From: a bacterium
Lineage (GTDB): Bacteria; Patescibacteriota; Minisyncoccia; Sungbacterales; GWA2-42-14
Direction of reading: 5' to 3'
Length of the DNA: 54,153 nucleotides
Assembly: GCA_030649305.1 (NCBI GenBank)
Contig: JAUSFV010000005.1
Span: 1-54,153, forward strand
The notes under the pieces were generated by a model, which saw only the letters and a program-made list of their open reading frames with translations, had not been told where the DNA came from and made no database searches. Positions 1-9,068 of this stretch are shown here, in pieces (the first letter of the stretch is position 1; every line of letters starts with the position of its first letter). A program made the position numbers and the translations under genes.

Positions 1-290
1 CGTGAGACAGGTTGGTCTCCTATCTACTGCAGGCGTCGATACGTGAAGGGCGTCGTTCCTAGTACGAGAGGACCGGAACGAACGAACCTCTGGTCTACGA
101 GCTGTCCTGCCAAGGGCACCGCTCGGTAGCTATGTTCGGACGGGATAAGCGCTGAAAGCATCTAAGTGCGAAGCCCATCCTAAGATTACGTATCATAAGA
201 TCCGTGAGAGATGATCACGTTGATAGGCCGCAGGTGGAAGCGCAGCAATGCGTTAAGCCGAGCGGTACTAATAGATCAATTTATTGTTAC
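1..290 (+). rRNA. rrl: 23S rRNA, 3' portion (runs off window start; 3' end approximate)
   Basis: Conserved domain V/VI motifs CGTGAGACAG, CCTAGTACGAGAGGACCGG (sarcin-ricin loop), GCTGAAAGCATCTAAG, CGTTGATAGG and GGTACTAATAG; helix 98 region is short. Confidence 0.97.
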
Positions 291-315
291 CCCGTTCCTA
301 GTGTTGAATGTGCTC

Positions 316-354
316 GCCCGCCAAAGTTTTTGTTTTGCAAAAATTTAGGCGGGC
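316..354. terminator. Hairpin downstream of 23S (GCCCGCC...GGCGGGC arms), possible terminator or processing stem
   Basis: gcccgcc (316-322) pairs with ggcgggc (348-354), with an A/T-rich inner stem. Confidence 0.5.
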
Positions 355-393
355 TTGCTTTGTGCTTTACTGGAGGTAATTTTATTTATCATT

Positions 394-600
394 ATGGAAA
401 AATCATTTGGAGAAAGAATGGAAACAGATCCTGAATTGAGGGCGCGAGTCGAAAAAGGAGAGGCATTGTGGAGACGTGAAAAAGAATTGCTTGCGAAATT
501 AACACCCGAAGAGTGGGAAGAATTAAGAAAAATTCAAAGTGAACGAGCGGGATTGGGAAAACCAGGTGGTAAGTCAAATTTTTTCCCGGACGATAGATAA
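394..600 (+). CDS. Small charged helical hypothetical protein in the 23S-5S spacer
   Basis: Open frame from ATG 394 (alternative ATG 418) to TAA 600; E/K/R-rich composition; GGAGGT at 372-377. Confidence 0.55.
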   Translation: MEKSFGERMETDPELRARVEKGEALWRREKELLAKLTPEEWEELRKIQSERAGLGKPGGKSNFFPDDR

Positions 601-641
601 AAATAATATCGTGTTATAGAATCAAAACAAAAACTTTTATT

Positions 642-758
642 TGCTGGTATTTCATCTATGTGTGCCCCACCTCTTCCCATTCCGAACAGAGAAGTGAAAG
701 CGCATAGACTCGATGATACTTGGACCTTCGGGACCTGGGAAAGTAGAGTATGCCGGCA
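642..758 (+). rRNA. rrf: 5S rRNA
   Basis: CCACCTCTTCCCATTCCGAACAGAGAAGTGAAA, CGATGATACT and GGGAAAGTAG motifs; ends tgctggtat/atgccggca pair. Confidence 0.95.
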
Positions 759-775
759 TATAAAAGTTTTTGTTT

Positions 776-804
776 AAAAAAGGCCGTATTCCGCGGCTTT
801 TTTT
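776..804 (+). terminator. Intrinsic terminator after 5S
   Basis: aaggccg/cggcttt stem followed by a T-run. Confidence 0.7.
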
Positions 805-835
805 CTTATGTAGGGCGTGGTATCATATTTTATAT

Positions 836-1597
836 ATGTGGCGTACGCGAAGACAACTTACGGCGCTTTTAATTATCGTCCTCGTCGTCGGGGGTATCGG
901 GTTTTTATTTGTGCGTAATCTCCTGCCTGAGCCGACCTGTTTTGATAATCGAAAAAATCAGGGAGAGGAGGATACGGATTGCGGAGGGTCCTGTCTCCCC
1001 TGTATTTTTCGCAACAGGAGGCCGATTCAAGTTTTTTGGACGCGCGTAACGCCCGTTCGCGGGGGAGTGTATGCCGCCGTTGCTGAAGTTAAAAATCCCA
1101 ACAACGCCCTTGGCATTTCTGAATTTGAATATCTCCTGAAATTGTTTGATGACAAAGACGCGCTCGTGATTGAAAAGCGCGGTACCTCGTTTCTCTACGC
1201 TGATGAAGTTTCGCATGTTGTGGAAACGAATTTGCGAAGCGAGCGCCCGATTGTGCGGGGGGTATTGGAAATAGGAAGAACCGATTACGTCATTCGCGAT
1301 GATAACCCGCCCGATTTGATCGCGGGAGAAAAAGAGCTTCTTCTGGTTTCGCAAAATGGCGGCACCACGGAATTAAAGGCGCGTCTTTTTAACCGTACGT
1401 TAAATGATTTTCGTGCCATTTCGGTACATGGTATTTTGCTGGACCAAAGCCAAAATGTTCTTGCGGTGAGTTCTGTTCTTCTTGATGAGGTGCGTGGCGG
1501 AGAAGCAAAAGAGATTCGTTTTTTCTGGCCGGGAGAGATTAAAAATGTATCAGTTATGCTGGTTGAGCCGCGGGTCAATACATTAACTAACAACTAA
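836..1597 (+). CDS. Membrane-anchored hypothetical protein with Cys-rich motif (CFD..KNQGEE..DCGG.C..C) and beta-rich domains
   Basis: N-terminal TM helix; start moved to ATG 836, downstream of the rRNA terminator. Confidence 0.85.
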   Translation: MWRTRRQLTALLIIVLVVGGIGFLFVRNLLPEPTCFDNRKNQGEEDTDCGGSCLPCIFRNRRPIQVFWTRVTPVRGGVYAAVAEVKNPNNALGISEFEYLLKLFDDKDALVIEKRGTSFLYADEVSHVVETNLRSERPIVRGVLEIGRTDYVIRDDNPPDLIAGEKELLLVSQNGGTTELKARLFNRTLNDFRAISVHGILLDQSQNVLAVSSVLLDEVRGGEAKEIRFFWPGEIKNVSVMLVEPRVNTLTNN

Positions 1598-1620
1598 CAG
1601 CATATCACCAACAACACGCT

Positions 1621-2700
1621 ATGTTGTTTCGATTGAAACAAATGGACTGGGTCTTGAACGGGGCGCTTTTTTTTATTTGTGCTATCGGGCTTATTTCTCT
1701 TTTGAGCCTCTCCGGTTTTGAGGGGTCTTTTTTTCTGCGGCAACTCGCGTGGGTCCTTGTGGGTTCCGTCGCATTTTTATTTTTTTCATTGCTTGATTAT
1801 CGTATTTTTCGCGCAAGCGGCGTTTTCTTGCTTTCGTGTTATCTCATTGGGATAGCAGCACTTTTTTTGCTTCTTGCATTTGGTCCTACCACGCGCGGCA
1901 TTCGGGGATGGTTTGCGGCAGGGAGCATTGCAATCCAGCCGGTTGAATTTATGAAGCTTCTTTTGATATTACTCATCGCAAAATATTTTTCAAAGCGCCA
2001 TAGTGAAATTGCCCAAATGCGGCATCTCGTTATTTCCGGCATCTATTTTGCAATTCCCGTTCTTTTGGTTTTGTTGCAGCCGGATTTAGGGTCCGCATTC
2101 ATTCTTCTTGCCATCTGGGTCGCGGTCACTCTTTTTTCCGGAATTCGCCTGAAACATTTTTTGATACTGATGTCGCTTCTTGTTATTATTTCCGCAATCG
2201 CGTGGCTTTTTCTACTTGCCCCGTATCAGAAAGCGCGCATCACGGCGTTTCTTGACCCATATCAGGATCCGCGCGGCACGGGGTATAACGTAATTCAATC
2301 GCTTATTGCCGTGGGGTCCGGGCAGATGTGGGGGAAAGGGTTCGGGTACGGGTCGCAGACGCATCTTCATTTTTTGCCCGAAGCCGAAACTGATTTTATC
2401 TTTGCCGCGTTTGCCGAGGAGTGGGGGTTTGTAGGGGCGTTGGTGCTTTTGCTGCTCTATGGCGTTTTGTTATGGCGTCTGCTTCGCGTCGGTTTTTTTG
2501 CAAAGAACAATTTCGCCCGCCTGTACATTCTCGGATTTTCTACGCTCATTTCTACGCAAATTTTTATTCATATCGGCATGAATGTCGGTATTTTTCCCGT
2601 GACGGGTATTACGCTCCCCTTTATGAGTTACGGCGGTTCCAGTTTGGTAAGTCTAATGGCAGGAGCGGGGATTGCGCAGAGTATCAGGATTCATTCATAA
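1621..2700 (+). CDS. rodA: Rod shape-determining protein RodA (FtsW/RodA/SpoVE family)
   Basis: Multi-TM; [45 protein letters not shown] and [13 protein letters not shown] motifs. Confidence 0.93.
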   Translation: MLFRLKQMDWVLNGALFFICAIGLISLLSLSGFEGSFFLRQLAWVLVGSVAFLFFSLLDYRIFRASGVFLLSCYLIGIAALFLLLAFGPTTRGIRGWFAAGSIAIQPVEFMKLLLILLIAKYFSKRHSEIAQMRHLVISGIYFAIPVLLVLLQPDLGSAFILLAIWVAVTLFSGIRLKHFLILMSLLVIISAIAWLFLLAPYQKARITAFLDPYQDPRGTGYNVIQSLIAVGSGQMWGKGFGYGSQTHLHFLPEAETDFIFAAFAEEWGFVGALVLLLLYGVLLWRLLRVGFFAKNNFARLYILGFSTLISTQIFIHIGMNVGIFPVTGITLPFMSYGGSSLVSLMAGAGIAQSIRIHS

Positions 2701-2710
2701 TGAAAGAGAT

Positions 2711-3226
2711 ATGATATATTTTGCCTCCGACCACGCAGGTTTTGAGCTCAAAGAAAAACTGAAGGCATATCTTCAGGAATTTGGACATGAAGTTAAAGAT
2801 TGCGGGGCGTTTTCGTATGATGAAGTCGATGATTATCCAGATTTTATTGCTCTTGCGGCAAAAGCGGTATCGGAAGACCCCGAACATGCGCGCGCGATTA
2901 TTCTTGGCGGCTCGGGGCAGGGTGAGGCAATGGTAGCAAATAGATTTCGCGGAGTGCGCGCTGCCGTATATTACGGACCCGCCTCCACCAAGGCTCCCGC
3001 CTACGCAGATGCTTCTGCGGGCAGGTCGGCGGGCAAGGGCGACGAAATTATCACGCTTTCCCGTGAGCATAACGATGCAAATGTATTATCGCTTGGCGCG
3101 CGATTTTTGACGGAAGAGGAAGCAAAGCGCGCGGTAAAGCTTTGGCTTGATACGGCGTTTAGCGGAGAGGAGAGGCATGTGAGGAGGATTACAAAGATTG
3201 ATGAGATAGAGAAGAGCTTTAAATAA
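2711..3226 (+). CDS. rpiB: Ribose-5-phosphate isomerase B with a 20-aa repeat-derived insertion
   Basis: [33 protein letters not shown] and RH.RRI motifs. Confidence 0.95.
   Translation: MIYFASDHAGFELKEKLKAYLQEFGHEVKDCGAFSYDEVDDYPDFIALAAKAVSEDPEHARAIILGGSGQGEAMVANRFRGVRAAVYYGPASTKAPAYADASAGRSAGKGDEIITLSREHNDANVLSLGARFLTEEEAKRAVKLWLDTAFSGEERHVRRITKIDEIEKSFK
2978..3037 (+). repeat. Two 30-bp palindromic elements, one nested in the other, in frame in rpiB
   Basis: Outer cccgcctccaccaaggct^tcggcgggcaag; inner cccgcctacgcagatgcttctgcgggcagg (2996-3025); 23/30 identical. Confidence 0.85.
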
Positions 3227-3367
3227 TTAACCTAATTGACCTAATTTCTAATTGACCTAAAAAATATCCAATGTCTAATGATTTAATATCAAAATACTTT
3301 TGGACATTAGGTATTTCGTCATTGGGATTTGATTAGTAATTAGAGCAATTAGAATAATTAGAATAAT
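3227..3367. repeat. Composite imperfect inverted-repeat element filling the rpiB-rpe spacer
   Basis: Left arm of ctaattgac units, right arm of aattaga units; inner arms caatgtctaa/ttggacatt. Confidence 0.65.
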
Positions 3368-4000
3368 TTGGTCAAGGTTATTCCCGCAATCAATTCGCCT
3401 ACATGGGATGAAGTCGTTAAAAAAATACGGCTTGTTGAACCGTTCACGGATTGGGTGCATATTGATGTCGCAGACGGTACGTTTACGCCGAATACCTTGT
3501 GGCATAATCCGCTAGATTTGGTTGGGTTTGAAACAAAACTTAATCTGGAAATTCATTTGATGGAACGAGAACCCGAAGATAGATTTTCTACATGGTTTTT
3601 TCCGCGAGTCATGCGAATTATCGTTCAGCAGGAAGCAACGCGTGATTTTGATTTTATCGTAAATGCCTGCCATAATAATAAAGTAGAGGCGGGGATTTCT
3701 GTGTTAACCGAAACAAATTGGAGTGTTTTGAAGCCGTTTTTGGGCAAAGCCGATTTAGTTCAGTTTTTGGCGGTAAACCCCGGATTTGCAGGGCAAAAGT
3801 TTGATGAGCATAATTACTATAAAATTAAAAAAATCCGCGCGCTTGCTCCGCACATTCCGATTGAGGTTGATGGGGGAGTGAAAGTAGGGGTTGCAAAAAA
3901 ATGCGCAAGCGCGGGAGCAACGCATCTCGTTGCCGCGTCCGCAATTTTTGATGCGGTGGATATAGCAAAAGCGATTCAGAATTTAGAGAATGATATATAA
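3368..4000 (+). CDS. rpe: Ribulose-phosphate 3-epimerase
   Basis: HIDVADG, EIHLM, VNPGFAGQKF, IEVDGG and VAASAIF motifs; TTG start. Confidence 0.93.
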   Translation: MVKVIPAINSPTWDEVVKKIRLVEPFTDWVHIDVADGTFTPNTLWHNPLDLVGFETKLNLEIHLMEREPEDRFSTWFFPRVMRIIVQQEATRDFDFIVNACHNNKVEAGISVLTETNWSVLKPFLGKADLVQFLAVNPGFAGQKFDEHNYYKIKKIRALAPHIPIEVDGGVKVGVAKKCASAGATHLVAASAIFDAVDIAKAIQNLENDI

Positions 4001-4040
4001 TAGCTGGGTTATTATGTTTGGAGCATGGAATAAAGAAATT

Positions 4041-4346
4041 ATGTCTGATGAGCAAGCGCGAAAGGCCGGTTCTTTTTTTGCCGGTCTTGTATTCGGGCTT
4101 ATATTACCCGTTGTTCTTTTTGTGGCGTTCGCCTTTTTTAGCTGGATGTATTACGGACATGGCGGGAGCCCCTCCAATATAGATGAAGTCGGAGTTATTC
4201 TCCCTGGTTTTTTGGGCATTTTTATAGAAATTGCATTATTTTTTTTGTGGAGAAGGGCCAATTCTGCTCTTGCGGTCGGTATTTTGAGTTCTGCAGGTAT
4301 TTTCTTTCTTTCTAGTCCCCTTATTGTCTTATTTCTTCTTAAATAA
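4041..4346 (+). CDS. Small multi-pass membrane protein
   Basis: About three hydrophobic helices; start uncertain (ATG 3990, 4014 or 4041). Confidence 0.7.
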   Translation: MSDEQARKAGSFFAGLVFGLILPVVLFVAFAFFSWMYYGHGGSPSNIDEVGVILPGFLGIFIEIALFFLWRRANSALAVGILSSAGIFFLSSPLIVLFLLK

Positions 4347-4348
4347 TT

Positions 4349-5209
4349 ATGTCTCATCTTCACGATGACAAGATAAAATTTCTGGAAGAAACTGCGAATA
4401 ACGTCCGCCAGACCATTATTGAATCGCTGGTTGCGGCGGGGTCGGGACACACCGCGGGGCCGTTGGGCATGGCTGATATTTTTACAGGGCTCTATTTTCA
4501 TATTTTGAAACACGACCCGAAAAATCCCGAATGGGAGGAGCGCGACCGATTAGTGCTTTCCAACGGCCATATTTGCCCCGTGCAGTACGCGACGATGGCG
4601 CACGCGGGGTATTTTCCGTTGGAAGAAATGAAAACTTTACGAAAATTTGGTACACGCTTGCAGGGGCATCCGCACCGCGGGGCGTTACCCGGTATTGAAA
4701 CAACGTCGGGGCCGCTTGGTTCAGGACTTTCACAGGCGGTTGGCATGGCAATTGGATTCAAAATGGACAAGAAGCCAAATCAGGTTTTTTGTTTGATGTC
4801 GGACGGCGAGCAGGAATGCGGGCAGACGTGGGAAGCGGCAATGCTTGCGGGAAAATTGAAGCTGGATAATCTGACCGGCATTATTGACCGCAATAACATT
4901 CAGATTGACGGCATGACCGAAGATATTATGCCATTGGAATCGCTTCGCGCGAAGTATGAGGCATTTAACTGGCACGTTTTGGAAATTAACGGCCATGATT
5001 TTCAAGAAATCACAAACGCGGTTGAAGAAGCGCGCGCGATTTACGAAAAGCCGGTTTGTATTATTGCACACACCATTCCCGGCAAAGGCATTCCCGAAAT
5101 TGAGTTTGATTATAAGTGGCACGGCATTCCGCCGAATGCGGAGCAGGCAAAAGAATTTTTGGCGAAATTGCGCACGCTTGGCGGAAAGATACAAAGTGAG
5201 CATGAATGA
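4349..5209 (+). CDS. Transketolase, N-terminal (TPP-binding) subunit
   Basis: SGH, DRLVLSNGH, LQGHP, GPLGSGLSQAVG, SDGEQECGQTWEA, IDRNNIQIDG and WHG motifs. Confidence 0.95.
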   Translation: MSHLHDDKIKFLEETANNVRQTIIESLVAAGSGHTAGPLGMADIFTGLYFHILKHDPKNPEWEERDRLVLSNGHICPVQYATMAHAGYFPLEEMKTLRKFGTRLQGHPHRGALPGIETTSGPLGSGLSQAVGMAIGFKMDKKPNQVFCLMSDGEQECGQTWEAAMLAGKLKLDNLTGIIDRNNIQIDGMTEDIMPLESLRAKYEAFNWHVLEINGHDFQEITNAVEEARAIYEKPVCIIAHTIPGKGIPEIEFDYKWHGIPPNAEQAKEFLAKLRTLGGKIQSEHE

Positions 5210-5621
5210 AAAAATAACCGATAAAGAATTTATACTTTGGATGGTCATTTTTACCATGTTGCCATGGTTAGTGGTGTTTTTTTGGTTTGATTTTTCGGTA
5301 TTAGTGTTGATTCCTGCTTTAGTAAGTTTTCTCGTAATCTTCTTTGTTGCATGGCGGAAATATTATTGGACGGCAAAGCTCTTTATGCTTGCAAATTGTA
5401 TTACGATTCTAGGATTTTTATTTTTATTTTCTGTTTGTAATGTGTCAGACATGGAGGCCCGCGGTTGGTGCGGTGTTTTAATTCTTCCATTAGTGCTTAT
5501 GATATTTGGACCTATTATTATTTTTGGACCAGCCGTGGTTGCGCTTGGTGTGGGGGGTCTTATTGATCATCGGCAACAAAAAAATAAACGGATAGAATTT
5601 CAAAATGAAGAAAAAAAATAA
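5202..5621 (+). CDS. Small multi-pass membrane protein with C-x10-C loop
   Basis: ATG 5202 overlaps the transketolase stop; the upstream part of the track ORF (4956) is a shadow of transketolase. Confidence 0.75.
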   Translation: MNEKITDKEFILWMVIFTMLPWLVVFFWFDFSVLVLIPALVSFLVIFFVAWRKYYWTAKLFMLANCITILGFLFLFSVCNVSDMEARGWCGVLILPLVLMIFGPIIIFGPAVVALGVGGLIDHRQQKNKRIEFQNEEKK

Positions 5622-5985
5622 AAAAGACGAATTTTCTCCGAAGGTGGCGCGGAGTATCGCGCTCGCTGAATTGTTTTTGGAGCGCCTCAAGAAAAAGCAG
5701 ATAATTCCGCTTCGGACGTTGCGCTTAATGGAGTTGCGGCTCGCTATGGTGCATCGGTTAATTAAACCTTTGCGAAAGAAAGGGCTAAACCAATCGGCTT
5801 TGCCGATTGGTCGCCCGAACGATTCAAATCGTTCTAGGGGGAGCGGGAGCGCTACGCGTCTGGATAGCGATATTGATTCAGCGTTGCTTGAAATTGAGCG
5901 CGCGAAAGTGAGACGAGAATGGTATTTGAAGACAAAAAAGAAAGCTCGAACATTTGGAAACTCTGCGCTTAATCGTAAAAAATAA
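5605..5985 (+). CDS. Basic hypothetical protein containing two in-frame palindromes
   Basis: 126-aa ORF overlapping the previous stop; K/R-rich. Confidence 0.55.
   Translation: MKKKNKKDEFSPKVARSIALAELFLERLKKKQIIPLRTLRLMELRLAMVHRLIKPLRKKGLNQSALPIGRPNDSNRSRGSGSATRLDSDIDSALLEIERAKVRREWYLKTKKKARTFGNSALNRKK
5789..5839. repeat. Two adjacent palindromes
   Basis: accaatcggc-ttt-gccgattggt (5789-5811); ccc-gaacgatt-ca-aatcgttc..ggg (5814-5839). Confidence 0.7.
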
Positions 5986-6055
5986 TTGGATAACCACAAT
6001 CCTCAATAAATATTTCGTTATTTGAGTTTTGGATTTTGATATTTGGGTTTTCTTT

Positions 6056-6193
6056 ATGAGGGCATATTTTTTTACATTTATTTGCGTCAGCATATTTCTC
6101 TTCGTGATTGTCATGGGGCAGATTAAATCCGTTATATCTGAAACCAACAAAGAACAGGAAGCGTGGCTTGCAATTGAAATACCAAAAAGGTGA
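6056..6193 (+). CDS. 45-aa single-TM small protein (MRAYFFTFICVSIFLFVIVMGQIKSVISETNKEQEAWLAIEIPKR)
   Basis: Translated by hand (below track cutoff); hydrophobic N-terminus. Confidence 0.5.
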   Translation: MRAYFFTFICVSIFLFVIVMGQIKSVISETNKEQEAWLAIEIPKR

Positions 6194-6202
6194 TTTAATT
6201 TT

Positions 6203-6231
6203 CCGCCCGAGGCGGATCAGCCTCCGGCTGA
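6203..6231. repeat. Double-hairpin element ccgcc-cga-ggcgg-a-tcagcc-tcc-ggctga
   Basis: Two small GC-rich hairpins back to back in an intergenic spacer. Confidence 0.7.
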
Positions 6232-6261
6232 AAGATTTACGATTTAAGAATTTTGAGAAAG

Positions 6262-6789
6262 ATGCTACGAACGATACAAAAAACAACCTTTTGGACAACG
6301 ATGGCTGTGGCATTTCTCACGGCAAGCGGTTTGATTTTTCAATCAAATTATGCGCTTGATCAGGAGACGCAATCTGTTTTTGCCGGCGTGGGCGAGAGTG
6401 TGATTCGTCCGGCTAAACCCATTGTTGATACCTCTGCATGGCTGCGGTATGAAAATAAGAGATACGATTTTTCGTTTCAATATCCGCCGGAATTAAAAAT
6501 ATTCAATTGTAGTGCGCAGGCACTTCTTTGCTTAAATATCGGTGAGAAAAACGAGGCATTTCAGGACAACGGTTTTGCAATTCGGATGTATTCATTGGCG
6601 GGCTTGAAACCAAGCGAGGAAGAAAAGTTTGTGACGGAGGAAATCGGTGGTGTTTCATGGCGCGTGAACCGCGATACGATTCAGTATTTTAGAACTGAGC
6701 ATCCCCAAGGCACAGAACTGCGGGTATTTGCAAATAAACCATTTGTGCTGGTTAGTACAATTTTGGGAACGTTTCAGATGCTTAAATAG
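6262..6789 (+). CDS. Membrane-anchored/secreted protein, PsbP-like domain
   Basis: N-terminal TM; W..YENKRYDFSFQYP motif typical of CPR PsbP-like proteins. Confidence 0.7.
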   Translation: MLRTIQKTTFWTTMAVAFLTASGLIFQSNYALDQETQSVFAGVGESVIRPAKPIVDTSAWLRYENKRYDFSFQYPPELKIFNCSAQALLCLNIGEKNEAFQDNGFAIRMYSLAGLKPSEEEKFVTEEIGGVSWRVNRDTIQYFRTEHPQGTELRVFANKPFVLVSTILGTFQMLK

Positions 6790-6809
6790 TTTTTAGAAAT
6801 TTTGTACAT

Positions 6810-7160
6810 ATGTCGGTTGAAATAAAAATATATAAAAGTCCGTTTGCAAAAACGGAATTGAGAGATATTGCACAACAGCAATTTGGTACTTTGGTGAAAG
6901 CGGTAGTGGATGTTAGCCGTGAGATTATAGCAATCGGCGGCGAATTACACGCGGATGAAGAAGCGGTACTGCTCGAAGACGGGTCGCGGCAGGAAGATGT
7001 GTGGGGGATTAATTTGTATCCCGAAAAGTCGGATGACGAATGGATAGAGTATGATTCTATGATTAATGTGAGACCGTCGCAAAATAATGCATCGCGGGGA
7101 GTTGAAGATGCGGCTATCCGAGAGAAAATTACATTGGTTGTGCGGAAACTTGTAATATGA
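6810..7160 (+). CDS. DUF5674-like protein
   Basis: KAVVDV, IAIGGELHADEE, GSRQEDVWGINLYP and SMINVRPSQNN motifs, recalled as DUF5674. Confidence 0.75.
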   Translation: MSVEIKIYKSPFAKTELRDIAQQQFGTLVKAVVDVSREIIAIGGELHADEEAVLLEDGSRQEDVWGINLYPEKSDDEWIEYDSMINVRPSQNNASRGVEDAAIREKITLVVRKLVI

Positions 7161-7486
7161 TGATACAGCACAAAAATTTAACGGAAGAACGATGGCAGAA
7201 GTTTTCACTTGCGGAGCAACTGGGTAATGTCGGAAGTGAAACGAGCCGCGCTTTGAAATGGCAGGGGAAAGACGACGTGTTGTGGCGGGGCGCTCTTGGG
7301 CGGGCATTTGAATTGATTGATATGACTATCGCAGATACTCGTTTTTGTAGTCGGCTGAAAGAAATTGTGCGCTTGCGTGAAATGCTTGCAGATGCGATGT
7401 TTGGAGGAAGAGAATACGGTAGTAACCTTGAAGATATTGACCGTTATTTATTTCAATTTGCGTTTGCCGCAAGAAAATCGCGTTAG
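7157..7486 (+). CDS. Helical hypothetical protein coupled to the DUF5674-like gene
   Basis: ATGA overlap; RW..FSLAEQLGNVGSE.SRA motif. Confidence 0.85.
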   Translation: MMIQHKNLTEERWQKFSLAEQLGNVGSETSRALKWQGKDDVLWRGALGRAFELIDMTIADTRFCSRLKEIVRLREMLADAMFGGREYGSNLEDIDRYLFQFAFAARKSR

Positions 7487-7525
7487 CGATTGCTTGCGAG
7501 TATAAAATATTTTTGATTTAACACT

Positions 7526-8530
7526 ATGCCTCTTAATCCACAAGCAAAATTAGTTTCAAATATTCTCGATGTAAAATCGCTTGAACAAAAACCGACGCGC
7601 GACGGGTTCGGTTTAGGTTTTGTGCAGGCGGCGGATGAAAATCCCGCAATCGTCGGGCTTTGTGCCGACCTTACCGAATCAACCCGCATGGATGTGTTTG
7701 CAAAAAAATATCCAGGTCGATTTGTAGAAATGGGGGTTGCGGAGCAAAATATGGCATCCGTCGCATCGGGGCTTTCAGCGGTCGGTAAAATTCCGTATCT
7801 CACGTCATATGCTATGTTCAGCCCAGGAAGAAATTGGGAGCAAATTCGTACAACCATTTGTTATAATAACAGAAATGTAAAAATTATCGGCTCGCACGCG
7901 GGGGTGTCGGTCGGGCCGGATGGCGCAACGCATCAGGCAATTGAGGATATTGCGATTACGCGCCCTATTGCGAATATGCAGGTGTTTGTACCCTGCGACA
8001 TGCACGAAGGAAAAAAAGTAACGTATGCCATTTCAAAGGTAGATGGGCCATGTTACGTTCGTTTTGCACGCGAGAAAACCCCCGTTTTTACTACGGAAGA
8101 AACGCTGTTTGAAATCGGAAAGGCGTATGCGTTTTGGCTTGAGCTAGAAGGTTTCAAGCCCGATGTTTCAATTATTGCTTGCGGTCCCCTGGTGCATAAC
8201 GCGATTCTTGCGGCTGCGGAATTGGAAAAAGAGGGATTGAAAATTCGCGTTATTAATAATCCCTCCATCAAGCCGATGGATGAGAAAACAATCATTCAAG
8301 CGGCAAAAGACGCGGGTGCGGTGGTTACCGTGGAAGAGCATCAGGTCGCGGGCGGTATGGGTTCTGCGGTTGCCGAAGTGCTCGCTAAAAATTACCCCGT
8401 GCCAATGGAATTTGTCGGTGTGCAGAATAGATTTGGTGAATCGGGTAACCCCAATGAACTTATTGAAGCGTTTGGTATGGGCGTATCTCATATCAAAGAA
8501 GCAGTTAAAAAAGTTTTAAAAAGAAAATAA
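7526..8530 (+). CDS. Transketolase, C-terminal (pyrimidine-binding + C) subunit
   Basis: ADLTESTR, EMGVAEQN, GPDGATHQAIED and TVEEHQ..GGMGS motifs. Confidence 0.95.
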   Translation: MPLNPQAKLVSNILDVKSLEQKPTRDGFGLGFVQAADENPAIVGLCADLTESTRMDVFAKKYPGRFVEMGVAEQNMASVASGLSAVGKIPYLTSYAMFSPGRNWEQIRTTICYNNRNVKIIGSHAGVSVGPDGATHQAIEDIAITRPIANMQVFVPCDMHEGKKVTYAISKVDGPCYVRFAREKTPVFTTEETLFEIGKAYAFWLELEGFKPDVSIIACGPLVHNAILAAAELEKEGLKIRVINNPSIKPMDEKTIIQAAKDAGAVVTVEEHQVAGGMGSAVAEVLAKNYPVPMEFVGVQNRFGESGNPNELIEAFGMGVSHIKEAVKKVLKRK

Positions 8531-9001
8531 ATGTCTCTCGTCAACGTACAAGACATTATGACAAAAGAAGTGATATCGGTGCATCCCGACATGCCCCTTC
8601 TTGAGGCTGCCAAAATATTATCAGAGCGTAATTTTGACGGCGTGCCGGTCGTGGATACAGATAATAAACTCGTCGGCATTCTTACGGAATATGACCTTAT
8701 TAGCAAGGAATCCATGATTCATCTTCCGACGTTTCAGAAAATTTTGCAAAATATCAAAGTTTTTAAAAAAGACCAGTCCGAGTTTCAAAAAGAAATTCAA
8801 GAGATATCTTTGCTTGTGGTACGAGATGTTATGAATACTGACCCCTTGACTCTTGGAGAACAGGCAACATTTATGGAAGTTCTTGATGCGTTTCGTAATC
8901 ATCATCGTGTCAATCCTATTCCGGTTATTGATTCTGACCGGAGGGTAGTCGGCGTTGTCAGCCGGTTTGATATTTTGAAACCGCTTCACGCTCTATCTTA
9001 A
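8531..9001 (+). CDS. CBS-domain protein
   Basis: Two CBS repeats (DIMTKEV..VPVVD..GILTEYDL; DVMN..IPVID..GVVSRFDI). Confidence 0.93.
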   Translation: MSLVNVQDIMTKEVISVHPDMPLLEAAKILSERNFDGVPVVDTDNKLVGILTEYDLISKESMIHLPTFQKILQNIKVFKKDQSEFQKEIQEISLLVVRDVMNTDPLTLGEQATFMEVLDAFRNHHRVNPIPVIDSDRRVVGVVSRFDILKPLHALS

Positions 9002-9068
9002 ATGCAGTTCTGCTTCTTTTCTGTTTTAACGTAGTTGTAAAACAGAGCGGAGAAAAATTGCGAAAGTT

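Noticed and set aside
204-434. 76-aa ORF in the track
   Set aside because: Overlaps the 23S rRNA 3' end; shadow frame.
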